Positions 39,986 through 50,298 of a stretch of DNA of 64,000 nucleotides are shown piece by piece. Origin of the DNA: Octopus sinensis (taxonomy: Eukaryota); the NCBI RefSeq assembly GCF_006345805.1, contig NC_043015.1, positions 11,718,001 through 11,782,000 on the forward strand. The letters run 5' to 3'. The position numbers and the translations under genes are program-made. Positions within the stretch are counted from its first letter, which is position 1; each line of letters starts with the position of its first letter. Below the pieces are notes generated by a model. The model searched no databases. It saw only the letters and a program-made list of their open reading frames with translations, and was not told the DNA's origin.

Positions 39986-41223
39986 ATATATATGTATATG
40001 CGTGTGTGTGTTTGTGTGTGTGTCTGTCTGTATGTATGTATCTGTATATGTATATATGTGTCTGTGTGTGTGTGTGTGTAGCGTATCTTGTTATTAAATG
40101 CTCGAAATACGAGTGTAGAAAAACAGCGAACAACTGATGATGGATCGCTCTTTGTGTTGTTTGTCTTGTTTTCCATTTGTGTCTCTCGTTGTTCGAAAAA
40201 ATAGTTCATATTCCATGTACTCGTATTTCGTATTTTTTATTGTACACGTTTCGTGACGTCCTTTGCCCACATATGCATATATATATGCGTAGAGATGTAG
40301 ATGTGTACATGTGCGTATGTGTGTGTGCATATATGTGTATATTACTTATATTATTATATGACTGAACACCACGCACTCTCTACCAAACAATTCTGATGCG
40401 CACTCTATGATTTTTTTACCCTTTCGTTTTTGTTTCTTTTTCTCACTCGTATTCTTTTACCTCCTTTTCTCCCATTATTCTATCCTATTACTCTTTCGTT
40501 TTTCTCTCTTATTCTTCTACTTCTCCCACTACAGATTTTTTCTCACTTTTCCTATCTTCAATTTTTCCTCTCCTCTTCACAGTTCTCTGTCTGTCACTCC
40601 TTCTCCCTCACTCTTCCTCTCTTGCTCATGTGGCTCCCACGTGACCATCGGCCCTCTCTCTTCTCCTAACTCGTGTTTCTTTCTTTCTCTCCTTTGTAGC
40701 AGGATCAAGGAAGACGTGTTCTTGTTTATCTCCTTTCCAAGCTTGATTTACGCGTTCGCAACCACAACTTCGTTTCGGCTTAGTCCTTCCTGTTTCTTTT
40801 CACCGTCCTCTTCGTGTTACTAATTCTTACCCTACGCAAACTCCCAGAACTTATTTAACTTGCTTTGCAGGAGCAACTGTTTTATCAAAAGCGTATCCTG
40901 TTGATAAATGCTCGAAATACGAGAGTAGAAAAATAGTCGACAACTGATGAAAGATCGTTCTCTCTGTTGTTTATCTTGTATTCTATTTGTGTCTTTCGTT
41001 GTTCGAAAGAATAGTTCATATTCCATGTACTCGTACTTCGTATTTTTTGGTGTACACGTTTCTTGACGTCATGTGCTGCCATATGCATATATTTGTGCAT
41101 ATAGATGTAGATGTGTACATGTACGTATGTGTGTATGCATATATGTATATATTATTATATAACTGAACACCATGCATCCTCCTCCAAGTACATTTTATCT
41201 CTCTCTATATATATCTATATCTA

Positions 41224-41281
<58 letters not shown>

Positions 41282-41470
41282 TACTAAGCAATTAAGGGTT
41301 TAGCAACAAATTGCCTCACCACACACCGAATTTAGAAATAGCAGTCAAAGAGTTATAGCTATTTTTTCTAATAAAAGGGAGATCTCAGTAAAAACACAGC
41401 ACTTGAAAAGCAAACACAGACAGGTAAGAGAGAATGAAATGACGGCAATCTATCATACAATTTTAAGTCA

Positions 41471-41561
41471 CCTACGGACGCACGTTTCGAAATCAAGTTT
41501 TAGGAAAGCATAAGAATTAGATAATTCTACCTTACCCAACTTCTTTTCTCATCAGCGTAGG
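41471..41561 (-). ncRNA. Type I hammerhead ribozyme, intact consensus
   Basis: Minus strand CCTACG-CTGATGA-GAAAAGAAGTT...AGAATT atct AATTCT...AACTTGATTTC-GAAAC GTGC GTC^CGTAGG: stem I 6 bp, long stem II closed by G10.1-C11.1, 2-bp stem III, GUC cleavage triplet. Confidence 0.85.
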
Positions 41562-41849
41562 GCACTACAATTATGAATAATTGTATATTAAATTATATTA
41601 ATTAATAATTATTCCAAATTAATGAGTTTCACCCTTTATTGTTACTGATAACCATATTTCATCCCAGTAAATGACCACAGCATCTTTTCTTGGCTACACG
41701 CGGGTGGGAAGGGGCTGGTGACACAAACTTTCATTCACACTTTGAATTTGGTGGTACTGGTAATGGCTTTAGCTCGCTCTGATACTGAGTTGAGATGATG
41801 CCTTCTAGTATCTCAAAATTTAATATACAATTATTCATAATTGTAGTGT

Positions 41850-41940
41850 CCTACGCTGATGAGAAAAGAAGTTGGGTAAGGTAGAATTATCTAATTCTTA
41901 TGCTTTCCTAAAACTTGATTTCGAAAAGTGCGTCCGTAGG
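41850..41940 (+). ncRNA. Type I hammerhead ribozyme with one stem III mismatch
   Basis: CCTACG(41850-55) CTGATGA(41856-62) ... C GAAA(41923-26) A GTGC GTC(41932-34)^CGTAGG; position 15.2 is A instead of C. Confidence 0.75.
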
Positions 41941-42241
41941 TGGCTTAAAATTGTATGATAGATTGCCGTCATTTCATTCTCTCTTACCTGTCTGTGTTTG
42001 CTTTTCAAGTGCTGTGTTTTTACTGAGATCTCCCTTTTAGTAGAAAGAATAGCTATAACTCTTTGACTGCTATTTCTAAATTCGGTGTGTGGTGAGGCAA
42101 TTAGTTGCTAAACCCTTAATTGCTTAGTATTACTTAAATTTTCCTCGAATGAGGCTTTTACATGCCGAAATCTACTTGGTGTAATTAATAATTATTCCAA
42201 ATTATTAGTTTCACCCTTTATTCTTACTGATAACCATATAT

Positions 42242-42296
<55 letters not shown>

Positions 42297-42327
42297 ATAC
42301 TTTATTTAAAGCAGCAGAAAATTCAAC

Positions 42328-42374
42328 AAAATTGTTACTCTGAGTTTCTCGTTGCCGTTCATCAGACAGTTTTT
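42328..42374 (-). ncRNA. Compact type I hammerhead-like motif, family 2
   Basis: Minus strand AAAAACTGT-CTGATGA-ACG gcaa CGA-GAAAC tcaga GTA^ACAATTTT. Confidence 0.6.
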
Positions 42375-42428
42375 GCTAGAATGGAACCGATATATCAATT
42401 CAATCTAGACTCTTACAAACGCTATATA

Positions 42429-42467
<39 letters not shown>

Positions 42468-43416
42468 ATCGCTCTTCGTGTTACTTGCCTTGTTTTCCCA
42501 TTGTGTCTATCATTGTTCGAAAAAATAGTTTATATTCCATGTACTTGTACTTCTTATTTTTTATTGTGCACGTTTCGTGACGTCCAGTGCCCATATATGC
42601 CTATATATGTGTATATAGATGTAGGTGTGTACATGTGCGCATGTGTGTGTGTGTGCATATATGTGTAAACAAATCAATTCGAAACATCGGTATTTGGGAT
42701 TCCTAACAGGGGGTCACACAGAACGAACTGAAAGTTTTCACGCCTTTTTACCATAAGAGAATTTTTTCTGTATGGTAACTGCAGTGTTATTGCCTTTGGC
42801 AGTTGAAATATATGACACATATTTCAACTAGACTAAATTCTGCTCATACTTAAACACTGCTTTGCGCCAATGTTTCATTATTTAACTCATTTGGGCGATC
42901 TACTAGCGCAAATTAGTCAACGTGTTGAATGAATTATATATAAAGTTATACATTTTTTAAGTTCGTTCAGAGTTGCCTCTCTTACAAATATATCATTGAC
43001 ACGAGTTAAAATGCTCGAAACATCGATGTCTTGGATTCCTAAAAGAGGGTGACATTAAACGAACTGGATGTTTTCACACCTTGTTACTAAAAGACAGATT
43101 TTGTCTCCGTGGTAACTGCAGTGCATTGTCCTCTTAGAAGTTGATGTATGTGACAAACGTATTTCAATTAACCCAAATTCAGCTCACACTCACACACACA
43201 CACATATATACATACATTCGTACATACATACAAAAATGTATATACATGTGAATGCATGTATGTTTGTATCTGTAAATACTAATATATATTTAGTCGGTTG
43301 AGAGTGACTTTCGATATATATATATATATATATATACTTTATTTTAAGCAGCAGAAAATTCAACAAAATCTGTTACTCTGAGTTTCTCGTTGCCGTTCAT
43401 CAACCAACATTCTAGC

Positions 43417-43465
43417 AAAAACTGTCTGATGAACGGCAACGAGAAACTCAGAGTAACAGATTTTG
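43417..43465 (+). ncRNA. Compact type I hammerhead-like motif, family 2, within a 61-bp-arm hairpin
   Basis: AAAACTGT-CTGATGA(43426-32)-ACG GCAA CGA-GAAAC(43443-47) TCAGA GTA(43453-55)^ACAG(A)TTTT. Confidence 0.65.
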
Positions 43466-43582
43466 TTGAATTTTCTGCTGCTTAAAATTAAGCATATTAC
43501 TCTAACACTGGTATTTGAGTACTCTTTTTTCCACCTTGTTTCACATTTATGTGTTTACTCCGGTATATATATATATATATAT

Positions 43583-44270
43583 AGGTGAGAAAGTTGGTGT
43601 GTGAAAACACGTGGTTGGATATATAGAAAAGTGATAAAACTACAGAAGGCTTGTTTTATAAGGTTAAAGAATATATTTAAGTCGTTATAGTTTTTGGAGA
43701 AATTACCGGTTTCGTGTTAACTTTTCAAATTTCTCTGTTGTTGGCGTGTTCTGTTCTTGGTGTAATCTATTTCATAAATGCGTTGTCTGTCAGCTTGTTC
43801 CCTGTTAAGTCTTGCGTGGTTCAAAAATGTTGGTTCTGGGCGATTTCTGTTTCTAGTGTATGAGGGATAATGAGGAGGGTTTTTGTTGAATAAGTGTTTG
43901 AAATTGGGGGTGGTTTGTGCGTTGTTCGGTTTTTGTTTGTTATTTCTTGTTATTTTCTTGTTATTTCTAAAGGAAATTCTAAACATACATAAAATCATTA
44001 AAAGCTACAAACAATCTAAATCACTTAAAAAGATTCTCACAAAGGCAAAATTGTTTTCTGAAATTACGGATGCAAAAGTAAAAAAATGTGGTAGACCAAA
44101 CTGCGCAACATGCCCAAACCTTCTGGAAGGATCAGAATTCCTTTTCAAAGAGGGACAAAAATTCAAGTTCAGATCTAATTTTACTTGGGCTTCTGAAAAC
44201 ATAATTTATGTTATAAGGTGCTCGAGCTGCCACCAAAACTACGTGGGGTCCACGGGATTATCACTCAGAC
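43583..44270 (+). mobile_element. Penelope-like element fragment (linker + GIY-YIG N-terminus)
   Basis: KQSKSLKKILTKAK...VKKCGRPNCATCPNL...SENIIYVIRCSSCHQNYVGSTGLSLR in ORF 43883-44437. The portion before about 43975 appears to be in the opposite orientation or non-coding. Confidence 0.8.
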
Positions 44271-44449
44271 TTCAGCAGGTTGTTCAGTTGATTGGATCAA
44301 CAGGAGCGCTCGTCGTCATATTCTACAGAGTGTCAGTTTATATATGTGAGTTCGAATCTTTCGGTAGTCAATTTGCCAAGGACCATCTTTCATCTCGGAA
44401 GGGAGGTGATCGAGCTTTTTTCTTTTTTTGTGAGTGAGCAAATGGCTGG

Positions 44450-45350
44450 TCCAGTCTGTGTCTGTGGCACTATGATCAGGAATTACAGGCTGCAGTAGTT
44501 AGAAATCTCATTACATATTCCTTTCTGTGCTGCTTACTTTGCTCAGCTGCGGTAATTATGTCTCGTAACTCAGACTCGTACTCTCTTACTCTGTATTCTT
44601 ATGTTTTGTATGGTAAAATTTCAAAATCTCCTGTGAGACTTCCAGTATGTCTGTGCAATGCTTTCCTTGGAGCCCTCGGGAGCGATTATCTTGCTGGAGT
44701 TTTCTGTAAGACAGCACTACTGAGAGCTAGTGATCAGCCACCCGAACTACATCACCTTTCAAACACGGCTGTTATTGCATGGTGGACACTGGATAATTCA
44801 GCATTGATACTATCCTCTGGTCATGAATCCTGTCTTGGCAATTTATACCATAAACATGTCTCAGGCAGTTTGTATGGAAGCATAAACTACCTCATTGCTC
44901 TTTGGCTTTGAGACATTCCATGTTTTACTGCCGTAGAATAATGTAGTAGAATTGTAAGAACTATGGCCTGAGACACTGTTCTTTTTTGTCTTGTGTGATG
45001 TCCCTTCTGTTCCACACATTCTTGTGTGGTCTCAAGAATACATTTGTATGACCAACTTTCATCTTATCATCAATAGCAGCACTTCGAGAGTATGCTGCCG
45101 ACGTAGATGAATTTGTACGTCTGACTGAATCTGTCCTTGTTCTTTGACGGTGATGTGTGAATATGTTTTATTCATACACACACGTCAGCAGTGCCATCGT
45201 CATTATCATCTGCAACTACCAACTCTTAGAGTGTAGTTGGCTCATCTGACAATTTTTCTACTGCTTCTCATATTGTCAAATTTTCAAACCTATTATCTCC
45301 GAGATGTTATCAACCCAATATCTCTGTAGTCATCTTGGTTTTTGCCAGGC
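44450..45350 (-). mobile_element. RTE (BovB-like) LINE RT C-terminal fragment plus probable 3' UTR, frameshifted
   Basis: Minus strand ADD, FIYVGSILS, KNVWNRRDI, YGSKTW, FHTNCLRHVYGINCQDRI, RSRG. Confidence 0.85.
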
Positions 45351-45419
45351 AGTTTTCCGGCAGTCATGTAGTGTATAGATAGTATGCGTTTATGCTATAT
45401 CTTTAATACTCTTCATTAC

Positions 45420-45980
45420 TTTAAGGCATCGAGCTGGCAGAAACGTTAGCACGCCGGGCGAAATACTTAGCGCTATTTCGTCTGTCGTTACGTTCTGTGT
45501 TCAAATTCCGCCGAGGTCGACTTTGTCTTTCATCCTTTCGGGGTCGATTAAATAAGTACCAGTTACGCACTGGGGTCGATATAAGCGACTTAATCCGTTT
45601 GTCCTCTCTGTGTTTAGCCCCTTGTGGGTAGTAGAGAAATAGGTATTTTGTCTGCCGCTACGGTCTGAGTTCAAATTCCGCCGAAGTCGACTTTGCCTTT
45701 CATCCTTTCGGGGACGATTAAATAAGTACCAGTTACTCACTGAGGGTCGATGTAATCGGCTTAATCCCTTTGTCTATCCTTGTTTGTCCTGTCTGTGTTT
45801 AGCCACTTGCAGGTAGTAAAGAAATAGGTATTTCGTCTGCCACTACGGTCTGAGTTCAAATTCCACGGAGATCGACTTTGCCTTTCATCCTTTCAGTATT
45901 GATAAATTAAGTGCCAGTTGCGTACTGGGGCCGATCTAATCGATTGGCTCCCTCCCCTAAAATTTCGAGCCTTATTCTTT
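45420..45980 (+). mobile_element. Head-to-tail trimer of family A SINE (one head, three bodies)
   Basis: Junction GAAATAG|GTATTT.GTCTGCC at 45643 and 45828 (185-bp period). Confidence 0.88.
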
Positions 45981-46699
45981 TTTGTTTCTCTCTTTTCTAT
46001 GGTTCCACACAATTCTAAATGTATCCAACATCTATTATTTTCCACTCTTTCTTGCCTTAATAATTCCTAAAAATATATTCTTCTGTAATAACAACTTGAG
46101 AAAAATTTCTGGCGCTTTTAGCAGATTTTTAAATGCTCGTTTGTTTGTAACTAAAATATGAAGTGTAAAGCAAGTTTTCCTTCTTGATCGTTTCATTCAC
46201 GGATTTATCCGAAAGCAGTTAAAAGTGATAAGTGAGGATTTTTCTACTGCGTTCACTTTTATCGCTTTCCTGTCACTTCATTGATTTTTAATATTTCGAA
46301 GATAACAGAACTCATACACAATTGTGATTATCAATTATTATAGGATCATCTCAATCATGCGTTTCTGAGATAACTATTGATTCGGTTTTGTTAATATTAA
46401 TACATAAACCATATTCTGCATTTTTTTCACTTTATTCAACAGAATTCTCACATCTAAGCAACTAGCAATAATGAATGTATCACCGTCATATATAATTTGC
46501 AGGTTTAAATATAACTTCAAAATCTAGATCTCTTCCCATTCCACGTAGATTTTAAACATAGATGAGGAAAGGATAAACCAAGCACACAATTTCAAACCTC
46601 AGAGTGAAGCCCACTGCTTAGAATAAAGATATTTTTAAAAATCAACCAACATAGAGTACAAGACAGACAGAGAGTCAGACAGGCAGTCAGAGAGACAGG

Positions 46700-46840
<141 letters not shown>

Positions 46841-47089
46841 TATGTATTTCATGGGTTTTACTTATTTCAGTCATTGAACAGTGGCCATGGTGGTGTTCCG
46901 TCCTGGACAACTTATTCAAGCAACCCACTCCTTGTATTTATTAAAAGTTTGGTAGTTGTTTTTTTTTTTTGTCACACTTCGCCGAAATATTAAAGTATGG
47001 GACATAAACAAACCAGCAACAGCGGTTGTCGAGCGAGGGACATATGTATGTATATGTGTATGCATAGCGTATATATATATATATATATA

Positions 47090-48590
47090 CCACAAACCAT
47101 CAACCAATCTTAAGTATACCAATCAATTCAGTAATCATTCTAGGGCCATCACTAAGAACTTAGTTAAAAGTATTTCATTTAGATTGTCTAAGTTATCTGC
47201 TAATGTTCACATTTTCAACAAGGCTGAATTTTATTACTCTGCCTTACTTAAACCAAGCTATACAGAAAAAGTTACCTACGTGAATTCTATTCAATCTTAT
47301 TCTACCTTTAGTAATGGAGACATGAATTCTAGCTGTAATGATATGAACGATTTCAATTTTAATTTATATGCCAACACCAAACAGAGGAAGGTTTTTTTTA
47401 CAACGTAAGTTGGGATAACCGTTATTTAAACCCCTTTTTTCATTCTAAAGGTAAATCGATATCTTTTAAAGATAGTTACACCTAAAATAAGGCAACTACT
47501 GGCAAAACTATTTGGTTGATTATTCCTTATGGGAGAAAAATTAAATCTAATCTTCCTTTCCAGTTTATTAGGATTTTTCCAAAGAATTCTAGGTATCACT
47601 CGATTATCAACTCGCACACGGTTATGATTGGTTTTTCCAATACAAAAAATTTCCCACAAATTATCTCCTCATATAACATTAGTCTGTTAAATAAGAATCC
47701 AATTACAAATACTAACATTAATTTAGCTAATACTAACCATCCACCTAGAAATATTAATAACAAGGTTATTTCTCTGAAGTCAATTCCAACAGAATTAAGT
47801 TTATGTCTAGTAATTCTAAGATTAAAAACTCTATATACCAGTATAAAATTACTTCAGGTACCGATGTCTTTTTTTTATATAGGCAGTTCTTCTTCTCAGT
47901 TATCTAAAAGAATTTCTAATCATTACTCTACATTTAGGGATAGTAATAAACGCAACAGTACAGGGCTTAGTAAATTAATTTGGTATCTAAAAGACCATGA
48001 TAAACAATTTAATTTAGATTGGTTGATTCACTCCATTTCATTCTCATATGATAAAGGCAAAGAATTCTGCCAACTCTGTAATAACGAACTATTTTCTATT
48101 CTATTTTCTAAGAACCCACTTGTAAACACATTTATAGAGCGTGCTTATCGATGTAAACATTGCAGAAACATATCTAAAGTTCATATAAGTGATATCTACC
48201 ATTGTATATAATTTGAACATTGATTTTCTTCTTACATTTCACTTCCATTAGATATATCTTTTTCCAAGCCTTGAAGCTTTTATTTTAATTGACATATCGC
48301 TCTATATTTCTCCTCTGTTAGTTTTCTGCGTATTTCTTTCCTTTACCCCTTCTCTTTCTATAGGCTACCTTTGATGTTATATCCTCTAATGGTTTTTAAA
48401 AAAAAACTTAATAGCGTTCCGTTCATCATAATATACATCCATCAGATTCTGTTAAAATGTTTTATTGATGAGTTTGATTTCTTTCTTTCTTTCCCTTACA
48501 TTTTATTCCTTTGGAATAATACCAATGTTGTCTTCGAAACATATGTTGGAAGTAAAAGAATTTGAATAACACCTGCGTGTAACTGCATTC
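47090..48590 (+). mobile_element. 5'-truncated Penelope-like element (RT thumb + GIY-YIG), frameshifted, flanked by (TA)n
   Basis: YHKP...SNHSRAITKNLVKSISFRLSKLSAN (thumb). YIGSSSSQLSKRISNHYSTF...TGLSKLIWYLK...W...Y...CQLCNNE...RCKH (PLE endonuclease). Confidence 0.9.
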
Positions 48591-48591
48591 A

Positions 48592-48638
<47 letters not shown>

Positions 48639-49376
48639 CATATTTAAGAATAATATAGCATGATGATGGAAAATATCAAGCTTTAATAGTAAATCACAAC
48701 AGTTGTTTCTGCACCGGACACTCGTTTTAAGTCACTGACTTTACATTTATATACAATTATTATATAAGATTAATCTATAGAATTACCATATAATTAAATA
48801 TTTTCAGCAACAGCTGTGCATGGGTGCTTCCTCGGGTATAATTCGATCAAGCAAGGTCGGTTTTTTTTTTCTCAGATGTCCCATATCCGTTTCTCTCCAC
48901 CGATCAGTTTATTAGATTCCGGGTTACATATTTTGTTGCAATGACGCAAAAATAAATACCAAAGTAATATCACAATACTAGTACCAACAACAATAAAAAT
49001 AACAGAGTAAAGGTGACCTTAATTGAACTTACAGTGATAATAACAGTAAGAAAACCAAATCTATTTAAGTGGCAGTGATAATAAAATAAAAATAAAAATA
49101 CAAAAAAATGAAGCTGGTTTTTACCAAGTAGAAGAATTGTGTCAATGGGTTAAAAGAAATTAAATATATAAATTTACTAGGGTTTGGCTGTTTGTCTTCA
49201 AGTGACCTCTGTAAATTCCACTGACCATTACAGGCATATTTTCTTTCTCACAGTGGTGCTTCAGCATAACCGCAAACGCAGACTGAAACCGGAAAAAGAA
49301 TACGAGAATATGGTCTCTCGAGACCGGCGGATGCCTATCTATATAATTATTTATTACTTTTGTTTTCGCTATTTAA

Positions 49377-49582
49377 TCCTTTAGTGTTTAAACAGGCTAT
49401 GTTAGTCCAAATATTCTACATTGTTTAATGTCCAAACTACCCAGATCTGGCTTCTCACATCTATCCTACAATGTCGTTCAAAAAAATCGATTATCATGTA
49501 ATCAAAATCTTGAAGCTACGAGCTAACGAATGATTATTTCAAATCAATATGCAAGTAACAGAGTAATCTGAATGCTAAAGGA
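49377..49582. mobile_element. piggyBac-type MITE
   Basis: TTAA at 49373-76 and 49583-86 flanking TIRs TCCTTTAG / CTAAAGGA. Confidence 0.65.
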
Positions 49583-50112
49583 TTAAACACACTTATCTCA
49601 CGTTGTATATTTCCAAACTCACAAATCTAAATACACACAAGTACTTGCACATACTTCTATTTCTCAACCACTAAGCAATATCCAAGTTAGCCTTCTTTGA
49701 GTGCTAGATTCTTTATTGTAGATGTGAACTCATTACGATCACTACCTAAAATAATCCACTACTAAAGAATATACTAACTTATTTTAGCTGCACTTACTTG
49801 TACAAACCACTTTTTATGGTTTTATGCCATCACTTGATTTTACCATGTGTTTTCTTACTTTTGCGATCATTTCAGTTTAGATTCAAACGGCAATTTTGAT
49901 CTGCTATCTAAATGTATCAGCTCAACCTTACAGTTATATATAACAAAATATATACTTTCCTTAACTATATTTTATATTTGACACTCTATAACTATCTATC
50001 TATCTTTCAATCCATTCATCTATATTTCGGTCTATCTATCTTCTATCTACTATCCCCCTACCTACTTTGCGGCCATGCTGGGGCACCACATGTATATGTA
50101 TGTATGTATGTA

Positions 50113-50194
<82 letters not shown>

Positions 50195-50262
50195 AAAAGA
50201 CGAAGACAGGTGATGTACAAAATAAACAGATGTATTAATATGACGCTCAGGAATAGAAAAGT

Positions 50263-50298
50263 CTTTTACGTTTCGAGCCTACGCTCTTCTACAGAAAG
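50263..50298 (-). ncRNA. Minimal hammerhead-like motif (variant core CUGUAGA) in a (TA)n-anchored repeat at 50190-50345
   Basis: Minus strand CTTT-CTGTAGA-A-GAGC gtag GCTC-GAAACGTA-AAAG. Confidence 0.55.

Larger units (their letters stand above)
41281..42130. repeat. Inverted repeat with 314-bp arms (41281-41594 / 41817-42130) and a 222-bp spacer; PLE pLTR-like
   Basis: The arms are reverse complements with only a few mismatches, and each contains a hammerhead. Confidence 0.93.
40082..42665 (+). repeat. Three diverged direct copies of a roughly 300-bp unit (40082-40390, 40890-41185, partial 42462-42665)
   Basis: Shared AAATGCTCGAAATACGAG...CTGATGA..GATCG...GTTCGAAA.AATAGTT..TATTCCATGTACT...CACGTTTC.TGACGTC. 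Confidence 0.85.

Noticed and set aside
40134-40210. CTGATGA...CGAAA in the 300-bp repeats as a hammerhead
   Set aside because: The intervening sequence is U/G-rich and cannot form stem II, and there is no stem III or cleavage triplet.
42670-43190. Two diverged ~170-bp copies as duplicated exons
   Set aside because: Reading frame not conserved between the copies; probably fragments of an unclassified repeat.
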